DNA of 64,000 bases. Source: Camelus ferus. Lineage: Eukaryota. The position numbers were made by a program, and so were the translations under genes. Position 1 is the stretch's first letter. The number at the start of each line of letters is the position of its first letter. The notes beneath the pieces were generated by a model, which ran no database searches, was not told the origin of the DNA, and saw only the letters and a program-made list of their open reading frames with translations. The DNA lies in NCBI RefSeq assembly GCF_009834535.1, contig NC_045696.1, positions 86,926,001-86,990,000 on the forward strand, given 5' to 3'. This document shows, piece by piece, positions 25,756 to 37,617 of this stretch.

Positions 25756-28516
25756 TAAAAACAGTAAATAAAGAAATAAATGGCAGGAATGTGGAAGAGA
25801 GTATAACTGGTTATGGCCTACAACAAAGTTGAAAAATTGTTTTATGCTATTTGCTAAAGCTGAGCATCATACTCTATGACAATTCCTATCTTACATTTTT
25901 ATCTAAGAGAAATGCTTACATATATTTGTCAAAAGATAAGTACAAGAATTATCACAGAAGCTTATTTGGAATAGCCCAAAATTTGAAACAGTGCAAGTAT
26001 CCAAAAACTGTGGAATAAATACAAATGTAGTGTATTTAGAGAGTGAATTATATATCACAGTCAGTAGAATGAACAAATCACAACTATGTCATTCAGACAT
26101 TACTTTGAGTGACAGATGCTAGTTACAAAAGAGTAAATATAGAATGGTTTTATTTATATAAAATACAAAAATGAACACAACTAATCTATGGTGTTATAAT
26201 CAAGACAGTGATTAGCTTATGAGATAAGTTTTGTCTGGAAAGAAAACATGAGAGAGATTCTGAGTTACTGGTTCTGTTCTATTTTTATTGTGGATGCTGC
26301 TTAAAGATTGTGTTCGTTTGATGAAATTCACTGACCCTAGGATTTGACACTTTTTTATGTATGTTATTATTTAATAAAATTCACAAAAATACGCTGCAGG
26401 AAATAAAATTATTTTCCAATTCTTTCCTGAATAAAAAAATATTATTTTTTGATGCTCCACTGAATTTGAGTAATAATGCTTTTATTTTCCTCAATGGAAA
26501 ATGAACTTTGATTCTTATTAAATATTAGTTTGCAAAAGATTTCTATTCAGTGGTGGGGTATCTATTACCCTAAGAACTATGAGAAAACAATATAATGTTC
26601 CTTAAACTCCAATTCTTCATAAACAAAGTAATATAGAATATTCACAACAGAATATCTTAGAATTAAAGTACAAAATATATGCAAGATTTAGCACAAATCT
26701 TATTTCAAATATTTAATTCATATTATTTAATTGTTTCTCATCACCTACAAAAATTCCAAATGACATCTATGAAACAAAATAGGTATAACATTTAGACCAA
26801 CAATAAATTAGAGTGTGAACTAAATAAAATGAACTGAATGTCATTTTTCATTTAGCTACTGACCATTTTGAATAACCTTTACCATCACAAAAATTGCTTA
26901 ATCTTTGTACCAGGACACATAGCAAGCTCTCCTGCTGTCACTTCTTTCATCTGCTAAACGCTACTGGTGGTGATCATCATCGTTTATATTTGTCATGAGA
27001 TATGAACTGTTCAACTCTAAGATGAATATATCTACTTAAGGCTCAAAATTGTAAGTAGAATATTAAAGTATATTGCTATTTTAACTGGGTTTATAGTGAA
27101 AAATTGTACTACCCAGTTGAGTAACTTGAGCATTCTTAGTTTTAACTTTCTTCTCGGGGATTAGACAATGGACTTAACCGTGTACATTCGTCAACCTTCT
27201 TCAATACCCAGATCAAACTGATTGAAGGACTAAGAGAATGAAAAAAAAATAGATATTTCTATTAAATTTTCATATGTATCTGAAACAAGGTTGTGTGTGG
27301 ACCTCCCACAATCTTAGCTGAAGTTTAAATTGACTATCAAAGTTTTTAGTTTCAAGAGGTTAACATTGCACTTATTACCACATTACATGGGGTGATGACT
27401 GTAACCCCATGACAGGGAATAAAGGGCAAGATAATTGAAATTTACACTGAATTGACAATGACTCTACAAAGTGGTCAGATGTAGGTCTGCAGTTATATGG
27501 GTGATATGGGATGTCAGTTCATGTTTATGAATGTTTGCCAGCAGGTAAGAAACAGGAATAGTTGATAATAATTGAAAATTCAGTAATTTGGATAAGCTTC
27601 ACAAATGTAATACATTAATAGGCAAAGTTCTGAATCTTAAATCTGCATACTAGGAAAGCAGTGGGAAATTCAAAATGTCTACATTCTTATTTGAGTAATC
27701 TAAGACTAGAAGAAGGGGTCCAAGACAAAGCAATGTTAAATACACAAAGCAAAATAAGTATCAAGAAATGTAAACTGAATGTTAGGAAACAAACAGAATA
27801 TTAAGTCTAATAAGCACTTAAAGGAAAGCGTCCAGGGTTGCTAGACCAGCACAAAGCATTAAATTTGGGTATTCACTAAGTCTTGCCAGGAAGAAGGCAG
27901 TAGAGAGAACTATAGACAAACAATATCTACCTCCCAGCAGACCCGAAGTTTCAGACACTCATAGATTGTCTACTCTTCCCTGCCACAATCCAACATAATA
28001 AAAATCCACCCACTGAAATTACAAGTTCCTCCAGGAATCTAATTAGAGAACACCAATATGGAAGTCAAGGTTCTGGCATGTGGAAACAATCAATAAAAGT
28101 TTACAGAAAAGCAATGAAATAGTACTCTGACAGAAGAAATGAAAGGACATACTCATTTTTGTGTTACTTGGTTTTAAGTCTGGGAGTTCCTGATTCTTGA
28201 AAGTAATTAAATTTCTTTATCTTCCTAATGAAGTTACCCGAATTATTGGAGATATTCACATATTAGTAATAGTCTCCTCTTTTATACATGCAAAAGGGAA
28301 AGAAATTTAAATTCTTTTCTCAACCAGAATTATTTTTATTAACATGTAGAAAACATTATACATGTATCTGTGTATATAGGTAGATAAATGACAAAAAGAT
28401 AAAATATAGATTTATAGATGATAAAATTAGGTAAATAGATAAAAATTTTGCTTAAGGATAAACTATTCTGCAGAAATATTATATTCTGCATATAATAAAT
28501 ATGTCTTGTGGTCAGG

Positions 28517-29030
28517 TGTATTAGCAAAATTCTAAAGAATTGCCCCCCTCATTATTTCCCACCCTAATCTTGAGAACTGAGAATATTATTGCTGCATGAG
28601 CCCTTTAAAAGCTGGGAGATTTTCCAGAAAGCAGCAGAGCATAATATCAAAGATTTGAATAAATAGTGAGAGGCACTGGACATGCCATTTCTGACTTGAA
28701 AATGGAGGCCACCATGTTATGAGGATGTAAGGATGTGGGCAGCCTCTAGAGGCTAAATTTGGCTCCAGCTGATGACTAGCAAGGAGTGGAAGACCTCAAT
28801 CTTCCAACTGCAAGAAAAATTCTTCTGATAGCCAGTGAGCTTGAAAGATCCCCAGATGGGGACAAAGCCCTACCAAAACCTTGATTTCAGCCCAGTAAGA
28901 CACTGACCAGAGGATCTTGTCATGATGTTCCAGACTTCCGACCTACAGAACTATGTGCTAAAAAGTGGGCATTGTTTTAAGTCACTATGTCTGTACCAAA
29001 TTGTTAGGCAACAATGAAAAACTAATGGAT
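28517..29030 (+). mobile_element. MLT1 (D/E-like) MaLR solo LTR
   Basis: gggcagcctctagaggct, accttgatttcagcc, ccagacttccgacctacagaact and tgttttaagtcacta...aaactaat. Confidence 0.85.
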
Positions 29031-29159
29031 TAAGATTAATACTTGTATATATGTGCCCTATTTGGTTTGTAAATAAATGATAAATAGTATTAATAGACTG
29101 CACATATTATATATAAGGGACAAATCCTTTAAAAGGTTAAAAAATTAAGGAAATGATTA

Positions 29160-30170
29160 TTTTTAATAAACTTTTAATTTCACAAGACTTTTAGATTTAG
29201 AGAGAAGTTCTAATGGTGGTACAGTGACTTTCCCTATACCCTTCACCCAGTTCACCCAATGGTTAACATCTTATATTAGTACAGTACGTTTGTCACAACT
29301 AAGGAACCAATATTAGTACATTGCTATTAACTAACTTCACACTTCATCTGGATTTCACTAGATTCACCTACATGTCCTCCTTGTGCTCCAGGATCGCATT
29401 CAATATACCACTTTGCGTTTAGTCCTTATGTCTCCTCCATCTTCACTGTGACACTTTCTTAGAATTTTTGTTTCATTGACAGTTTTGAGGAGTTATGATA
29501 AAGTATTTTTGGACAATGTCCCTTAATTTGGTTTGCCTGCGGTTTATTTCATGGTTAGATGGAGTTATGCGTTTTGGAGAACACCACAGAGGGGAAGGAC
29601 AATTCTTATCACATTGTATCAGGGTGTAAGCTATTCACTGATAATCTAAACCTTGTTTATCTGACCAAAGTACTATTCGCCTGGTTTCTTCATTCAAAAT
29701 TTACCTTATCTTTTTATCTTTCCATACTCTATTCTTTGGAACTAAGCCTACTAAGTACAGCCCACACTCCTCAAGAAGAATTTGGAATTCCTCTACAAAG
29801 AGGATTTGTCTCTTGACTTCAAATCATTTTATTTATTCAATCAACATTATTATGAACTCATAGATATTGGTTTTATACTTTGGCTTATAACTTAATGCTA
29901 ATTTTTGTTGCTCAAATTGTTTCACCTTTTGCTATTGGGAGCATTTTAATTGGCTCCTACATATTTTCACAGGCCCTTATTCTTTTGTTATTAAAAACAA
30001 TTAAAAACAATTAAAAACATCCTGACATTCTGACACCTCATTATGCTCCAGACTCATCTTAAATTTTTCCTGTCTGAGCCCTAGTATCAGCTATTTGTCT
30101 AATGGGTTGTGGTCCCTCTTAATGGTTTTAGAAACAGATTGGGCTCTAAGTGTTCCTGATGCTACTGTGG
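29160..30170 (-). mobile_element. L1MC/L1MD-type 3' UTR, antisense
   Basis: ttaacatcttatattagtacagtacgtttgtcacaactaaggaaccaatattagtaca...atgctccagactcatctt. Confidence 0.85.
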
Positions 30171-30934
30171 TATAATTATCTTTAATACATTTTAAGGTGT
30201 ATATTTTCTTGCCTGTGCAAGTGATAAATGTTCAATTAGGGTATTTGGAATCTACATAAACTTACAAAGAAATGGAAAATTTTTTTATATTTTCAGAAAA
30301 TGTTTGGAGAATTTCTACATAATAAATAGTGCTTTAGTTGATTTCATAATAAGAATCTACTGGATTGATTTGACAAATTGGATAACAGTGTTCTTAACAA
30401 GGAGATGTCAATATCAATGATGGGTAAAGTAGAAAAATGGATGCACTGGGATAGCTGTATGCTTATCCTGAGCAACAGTGATGTGCCTAGTGCCAACCCT
30501 TGGCCAAGGAAAGGATTAGAGAGGCTAACTAGTAATTTAGACTGTGCTAGTAAATGTTTGAATTTCTAGCAGTTCCAAGGTCCTGCTTGTGTACATTGTT
30601 TGGGGATATATTAACTGATGGTGTATACCCAGTTTAACCTGTTATACAGCCTAAGTTGACTATATGTTGAATGGGCTATGAAAACTCCACTGAAAACTTT
30701 TGCCTGAACTTGCCTGAAATCAAGATTTCACCTAGAGATCTTAGCAGTTTACTATCTATAATCTAAGCATGCCCTGATTAATGAAAAGGGCTCTGGAAAT
30801 CCATGCCTTCACTTTCTTTCTCCTAGTATACACTATCCTTTATTTTTTTTGTGTGTGAGGAAGTTCAAGTTCAAGTTTAAATAGGCACAGATCCCCTAGT
30901 GAGTGTGGTTTCTCTATAGACACCTGAATAGAAG

Positions 30935-31040
30935 ACAAAAAGAAGAAGGAGAAGGAGCAGGAGAAAGAGAGGAGGATGAAAGGAGACAGTAAAGAGAGAG
31001 GAGGAGGAGAGAAGGAAGAGGGGAAGAAGAAAAAGAAATA
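30935..31040. repeat. Purine-rich GAA/GGA low-complexity tract
   Basis: Directly visible. Confidence 0.8.
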
Positions 31041-31419
31041 AATACAACACTGGAGGAAAAATCACAGATTGAAAAATTCTAGTATTATGAACCAACTATG
31101 AATAAAGACTAGAGGTCTAAAGGAGTAGTGTTTATAGGTCTTAAGTAATATGTACCTGAGCATCCTATATCTCCCATCACCCCTCCCAAAGCCCATGCTA
31201 TTATCCCATTCCTTCATTCCTACTGGTTCACTTTGATTGTTTCTACTTAACAGAATGCCCTGAAGATCACGCAATTTTAAACGTATATAAAGATATTCCA
31301 CATTCATTTTTGGAGTTACAAACTACTTTGAAGAGTTAAAATACCATAATTCACTCAACAAATCTCTAATTGAACTACATTTATGTTTGTTAATCTTTCA
31401 CTACTTTAAATACAACTGC

Positions 31420-33085
31420 AAAAATTTAAAAGTTCAAGACTACCTATATAGCTGCAGAGATCAAGACATTGCAGTATTGGCTGAATAAGAGACAAATAGA
31501 TCAATAGTACAACAGAGAGCCCAGAAATAGATCCACAACAACATAGTCAATTCGTCTTTGACAAAACATCAAAAACAACTGAATGGAGAAAAGATAATTC
31601 TTTCTACAAATAGTACTGAAAAAAAAAAAAAAACTAGACAAAACTTTCACCCTTCAAAAAAAATTAACTCAAAATGAATCAGACCTAAATGTAAAACACA
31701 AAACCATAAAGCTTCTAGAAGATAATATAGGAGAAAACCTAGATGATGCTGGATATGAATCAGACCTAAATGTAAAACACAAAACTATAAAGCTTCTAGA
31801 AGATAATTTAGGAGAAAACCTAGATGATGCTGGATATGATGATGCTTTCTTAGATACAACACCAAAGCATGATGCATGAGTGAAAAAATTTATAAGTTGG
31901 ACTTTATTAAAATTAAAATCTTGTTTGCAAAAGGACACTATTAAGAGAATGAAAAGACAAGTCACAGACTAGAAGAAAATATTTGTAAAATATATATTTG
32001 ATAATGGACTGGCATCCAAAATATACACAAAACTCTTAAAAGAAAATGAACAAACAAACAAACAAACAAACAAAAAACAATTTAAAAATGGGGAAGATCA
32101 GAAAAGACATCTCACTAAAAAGGATATGCAGATGGAAAATAAACATATGAAAAGATATTATCCGTCATATGTTATCAGAGAAATGCAAATTAAAACAACA
32201 ATAAGGTATCACTATACACCTATTAAAATGGCTAAAATCCAAAATTCTGACAACACTAAATGCTGATGAGGATGTGGAACATAAAAATTCTTATTCCTTG
32301 GTGGCAGGAATGTAAAACAGTGGACACTTTAAGAAAAGTTATATATTCTTTGCAAAATTAAACATAATCTTAGAATATGATCCAGAAATTTTGTTTCTTG
32401 GTATTTATCCAAATTAGTTGAAAATGTATGTATTCATAAATATCTTCTCACAAATGTTTATAGCAGCTTTATTCATAATTGCCAAAACTTTGAAGCAATT
32501 AGGATGTTCCTCAGTCGGTGAGTGGCTAAACTATGATATATCCAAACAATGGAATACTAATCTGTGATAAAAATAAGTGAACTCTCAAGCCATAAAAATA
32601 AGTGGAGGACTCTTAAATGCATAGTGCTAATTTACAGAAGCCAATCTGAAATGACTACATAATGTATGATTCCAAGTGTATGACATTCTGGAAAGGCAAA
32701 ACTATGGATAATGTGAAAGATAAATGTTTTCTAGTGGCTTGGGGAGATAGAGAGAGAAAAAAGTGGAGCACAGGGGATTTTTAGGGCAATGAAACTATTC
32801 TGTACAATACCATAATAGTGGGTATTTGCCATTATACATTTGTCAAAACCCATAGAATACACAACAAAAAGGGTTAAAATCTAATGGAAACTATTGACTT
32901 TGGTTAAAAAGCTTGAGTCAGTGTTAGCTCATTGTAACAAATGTGTCACACCACTGCAGGATACTGATGGTAGGGGAGACTCTGTGTGTGTAGGGGAGAG
33001 AGGGTATGTAAGAACTCAGTACTATCTGCTCAATTTTTCTGTAAATATTACACTGCTCAAAAAATGAAGTATGTAATTAGAAACG
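31420..33085 (+). mobile_element. L1MC-type 5'-truncated element (ORF2 end plus 3' UTR) with an internal 81-bp duplication
   Basis: gagcccagaaatagatccaca, agacctaaatgtaaaa, gaaatgcaaattaaaacaaca and the end actatctgctcaatttttctgtaaat. Confidence 0.9.
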
Positions 33086-33207
33086 TAATACTCCTTTGAA
33101 TTATCCTCTGAATATATAATTTTTATTTTAGTTTTACTACTTTATTTTGGACATAGAGCCCATGTGATCTTGAATTAAGAAGTCTGTCTTTTAAAAGTAG
33201 TAGTGAA

Positions 33208-35047
33208 AAATTTTGAAAAGACAACTCTGGTTTTAGTTATGATAAGCAAAGAGCTTGGAAGTCATCACTCATATTCTCATAAAAACAAAAAGCTGAACAA
33301 ACTGAAAATCAACAACTATTCTTAGATCAATTAGAGAAGTGTTGTCACAAGGCAAACTCCCACCTCCAAAACTGTAGAATTCGGTGAATACAGAGAATCA
33401 CAGCTGTGATCAGGCACTGTTAAGAGAATGAATATGCAAGCCACAGACTGGAAGAAAATATTTTCTAAACGTATATCTGATAAAGAATTTTGTGATGGTT
33501 AATGTTATAGATCAACTTGACTGGGCTAAAGGGTGACCATATAGCTCCTAAAACATTATTTCTGGGTGTGTGTGTGAGGGTGTTTTTGGAAGAGATTAGA
33601 ATTTGAATTGATAAACTGAGTAAAGGTTGCTCATCCCCAACACACTGGGCGTCATTCAATCCCTTGAGGGCCTGAGTACAACTGAAAGGCAGAGGAAGGA
33701 TGAATTTGGTACATCCATTTTCTACTTGCCTTGGACATTGGCCATCCTGGACCTTGGGTATTTAGACTTGGGACAGGACTTCCACCATTAGCTCTCCTCA
33801 TTCTCATGCCTTCGGATTTGAACTGAATTACACCACTGGCTTTCATGGTTCCCCAGCTTGTAAAGGACAGATCATGGGACTTCTTGCCTCCATAATTGCA
33901 TGAGCCAATTTATATAGTATATCTCCTCATACATCCTATGTTCTGTTTCTCTGAAAAACTCAAACTAATATAAACTTGTATGCAACATTTACAAGAACTC
34001 TTTAAACTCAACATTAAGAAAACAAACAACCCCACTAAAAAATAGGAAAGTAATGTAAATAGGTATCTCACTAAAGGGGATATAAAGATGGCAAATATAC
34101 ATTTGAAAAAGTGCTCAAAATATGTCATTAGGAAATTGCAAATTAAAACAACAATAAGATACCACTATACATTTTTATAATGCTAAAATCTAAAACACCG
34201 AACGCACCAAATGCTGGCTAGGATATGGAATAGCAGGACTCTCACTGATTGCTGGTGGAATATAAAATGATATAGTTCCTTGGAGGGCAGTTTAGCAATT
34301 TCTTACAAAGCTAAAGACAGTCTTAGCATATAGCCCAGTTTTAACACTTTTAGGTATTTACCCAATTGAACTGAAAACTTGTCCACACAAAATTCAGCAC
34401 CTAAATATTTAGAAGCTTTATCATAATTGATCAAAGCTTGGAAGCAACCAAAATACCTTTCAATAGGTAAACGGAGAAACAAACTATAGTACATCCATAC
34501 AATGGACTATTATTTTGCAATACAGAAGCATGAGCAATCAAACTACATAAAAACATGGGGGAATCTTGAACGCATATTGTTATGTAAATGAACACAGTCT
34601 GAGAAGACTTTATATTGTGCTATTCCAACAGTATGGCATTCCGGAAAAAGCAAAACTGTAGAGACATTAAAAAAATCAGTGTTCATTAGGAATTTGAGGG
34701 AGGATGGGAAAGGATGGTCAAAATAGTCAGGGTATAGGGAAATTTATGGTGGTAACTATTCTATATGATACTATAGTGATAGAAAAAAGATGTTATATGT
34801 TGGCCAAAACCCATAGAACTCTACAATACAGAGTGACCCTTAATGTAAACTATAGACTTTCATTAATAATAATATATCAATATTGGTTCATTAATTGTAA
34901 CAGATGTTCCACACTAATGCAAAATGTTGATTACAGGGAAACTATGGAAGAGGGTACCAATGGTATATGGGAACTCTGTATTATCTGCTCAATTATTCTC
35001 CAAATCTAAAACTATTCTTGAAAAATAAAGTCTATTAATTTAAAAAA
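33208..35047 (+). mobile_element. Bipartite L1MC-type element: about 200 bp of 5' end joined to ORF2 end and 3' UTR
   Basis: 5'-like aaagagcttggaagtcatcactc...aagctgaacaaactgaaaatcaacaact, then cactgttaagagaatgaa..caagccacagactgg. The 3' end is ctaaaactattcttgaaaaataaagtctattaa. Confidence 0.8.
33491..33972 (+). mobile_element. MLT2 (ERV-L) solo LTR inserted in L1
   Basis: Canonical start tgtgatggttaat...tcaacttgactgggctaa and end ttctgtttctctgaaaaactcaaactaatata. Flanks AATTT/AACTT form a 4/5 TSD. Confidence 0.92.
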
Positions 35048-36129
35048 TAATAGTCAACCCTACTCTTAGAAAGCTCCCAGACATTTCATTCTTCCTTCAT
35101 AAAGACAAATCAGTAAGAATCTCTTCTCTTAGCTATAAAAAAGAAATAAAATTTGGTTGAGTAGTTTAAGAATCAAAAATGCAGATTTCTTCAACAGAGA
35201 AAGGAGATAACACATAATTTACTTTAGGTTTTTGTCCTAAAAATGATGCATAAACATTCATGAGTGTCATGACAAATAGACACAGAAAAAAATAAGAGAA
35301 ATTAGGTAAAGAAAAGGAAATGAAAATGGGAAAGGGGAATGAGATCATAAAAGTAGATAGATTAAGAGAAAAGAAAACATATAATTAAACAACTCTTGGA
35401 TTTCTACTCTCCTTCAGGGAAGTTTCAATGCATCTGGCTGATGGTAAGCGTAAGGAATGAATCAGACTACTACAAATCACCAGTCTTAGCCAGTTTACAC
35501 AGAGGACAAAAACAGTGCTGTTTCTTAGTAATGTCAATAGTTAAAGCAGGTAAAAAAATTTGCACAGGCATAGTCATTATTTAATTAGTTCCTATGTACT
35601 TCTGCTTTCCAAAAATCAGTGGGAGAAACCACAAAATATCATTATCATAAAGTGGACTTGCCAAGACTATTGAGACTGGCACATGCTCAATTCCAGTGTT
35701 AGGTGGTCTCTGATCAGTTTGGTCACCTGGCAATGCATGCCTTGCTTTCTCCTTTCTTGATGAGTTGCAAATAAGAGCCACCTGTAATTCTTTTCTCTTA
35801 TTTTCTGTGTTCTGGTCTCCGTGACTGGAATATCTCTCCTTTAGTTAGTTGATTTAATTAATTTTATTTCTAGTAATTCACATATTTTTAATTAGACAAT
35901 CTATTTTTAGAGATAGTACTTACACATAGTTTAAATATCCAAACAGTGGCATATAAGTTAAAATGTCAGAGTATTCTATGGCTTCATTCTCCCTCACCTC
36001 TAGTTCTCTATTTTCAGAACTATCTATTTTTTCCTAATTCCTCTACTACCTACTTCCATATTTTAAAACACCATATTGTTATCCCCCATTTCTTTTCTCT
36101 TTCAATTTTAGCCGTTTTCAATGACTAGT

Positions 36130-36440
36130 TGATTATACAATGTGTTTTACCTTATGGATAGGAGTTTTGAGATCTGGCAGAAAAGAGATGAAAAGTAATG
36201 ATACATACATAGATACACAAAGCAATCAGTAAAGTAAAGCAATTATTAACTACTGATAAAACAAAGAATAATCTATGAAGAAATACATTGATAGTATGGT
36301 ACATGGCTTGATTATACTACCACATTTTATGTAAATAGAAAAACGCAAAAATTGAATATGTAACACAAAAACTGTGTACAAGTGTACTAGGTAAGTGATA
36401 ATAGGTGTAGGTATATGAGAAACAATTTAATTAATAAGAA
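36130..36440 (+). mobile_element. Probable old L1M 3'-region fragment
   Basis: aaagcaattattaactac...aaaacaaag, A-rich and similar to L1MC/ME 3' UTRs. Confidence 0.4.
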
Positions 36441-36449
36441 TTAAATTGA

Positions 36450-36837
36450 AAATAGCTAAGCTCTTTCCCCACCTTACTCATTTTAATCTTAGCTATATGA
36501 CTTGCTTTCAATACTAGAATATGGGTGGTAGTCACAATGTGCTATTTCTGAGCCTAGCTCTTAAGAGGCATCATGTTTTGCCCCTCTTATACTTCTACTA
36601 TTTCCATGATAAGACAGGTTCTGGTTAGCCTGTTGACCCAGAAGAATAAAAGATATGGGACCAGACCTGTAACTTAGTCCTAAACTTGGAGCAAAGCCCA
36701 GCCAAGTGTAGCTTAAATCATGTCTACTTCACTCAGTCCCCAGATGGGTAAATGAGAAAGACATGTTTCATATTGTTTTCCCTTACTTTGAGGTGGTTTA
36801 GTACAAAGTTTTATTGCAGCCATAGATAATTAATACA
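36450..36837 (+). mobile_element. MLT1 (H/I-like) MaLR LTR
   Basis: atgacttgcttt, ttctgagcctagctcttaagaggcatcatgttt, and the end gcagccatagataattaataca. Confidence 0.8.
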
Positions 36838-37264
36838 ACCTCCCTTTTTTGTTTGGAAATTTCTAAAAATATTTGGTGATCCTCAGCTTTCATTTCTATG
36901 TATGAGTTAGGCAACAGATATTGTTTAGAACTTGTATTTCTGTTTTGAGTAGAAAGGTTAAAGGATCTGATCTTGTGGGTTTCACTGTCCTGTCATAAAG
37001 CCATTAATGATTTTTTCTTTCTTTGTCATTTAAGCTTGTCCAAACATGAGTTCTTTATCAGAACTTTTCTTTCTGACAAGTCATTTTAACTAGAGAAATG
37101 TTTCCCAACTTTCTGCCTAGGAGGTATAAAAATATTGCTAGCATTCAGGAAGCCAATATTTGAAATGGCTAAGGACCTCACATTCAGCGTGCAGAATTTC
37201 ACTTCAAGCTTATCTTTCCATTAAGTCCTCTCTCTCACAGTCAGCTATATATATGTATATACGT

Positions 37265-37266
<2 letters not shown>

Positions 37267-37330
<64 letters not shown>
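37267..37330. repeat. Perfect (GT)32 microsatellite
   Basis: Directly visible, 64 bp. Confidence 0.98.
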
Positions 37331-37333
<3 letters not shown>

Positions 37334-37479
37334 AAGTTTTCATTAACCTTTTTGGTTTACTTTCTCTGGAAAGATTAAGTCCTTTTTTAGACCATGTGAT
37401 GCAGTTGCCTTGCTGGGACGGGAATGAAGAATGCAATCAAGCATTTAACTAAATGCTTCTGATGCAAACTCTATCAGTA

Positions 37480-37617
37480 ATAATGATATCAACAAACACT
37501 TGTGTAGCAATAACTACATGCCACTGCTTTATGCTTATTAACATCTTTAATTCTTCCAAAAAGCCCTTGTGATAGGTACTATTATTACTCTTATTTTACA
37601 GATGAGGAAACTGAGAA
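37480..37617 (-). mobile_element. MIR SINE
   Basis: Core gataggtactattattactcttattttacagatgaggaaactgag. Confidence 0.9.

Larger units (their letters stand above)
24440..26390 (+). mobile_element. Old L1ME-type ORF2 end plus 3' UTR, interrupted by an LTR and a short L1 5' insert
   Basis: atttatga|caaag continues across the LTR. Also aaaggtgctcaacttgattagtcatcag and the 3' end tatgtatgttattatttaataaaa. Confidence 0.8.

Noticed and set aside
27290..28080. Possible ancient LTR-like block
   Set aside because: I could not identify termini, a TSD or a family with any confidence.
29991..30020. (TTAAAAACAA)x3 and other short tandem duplications, for example near 53132
   Set aside because: These are simple slippage repeats without spacers. 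They are not CRISPR-like and carry no sign of function.
37160..37452. CVCVCV / HTHTHT ORFs
   Set aside because: These are translations of the (GT)n microsatellite.
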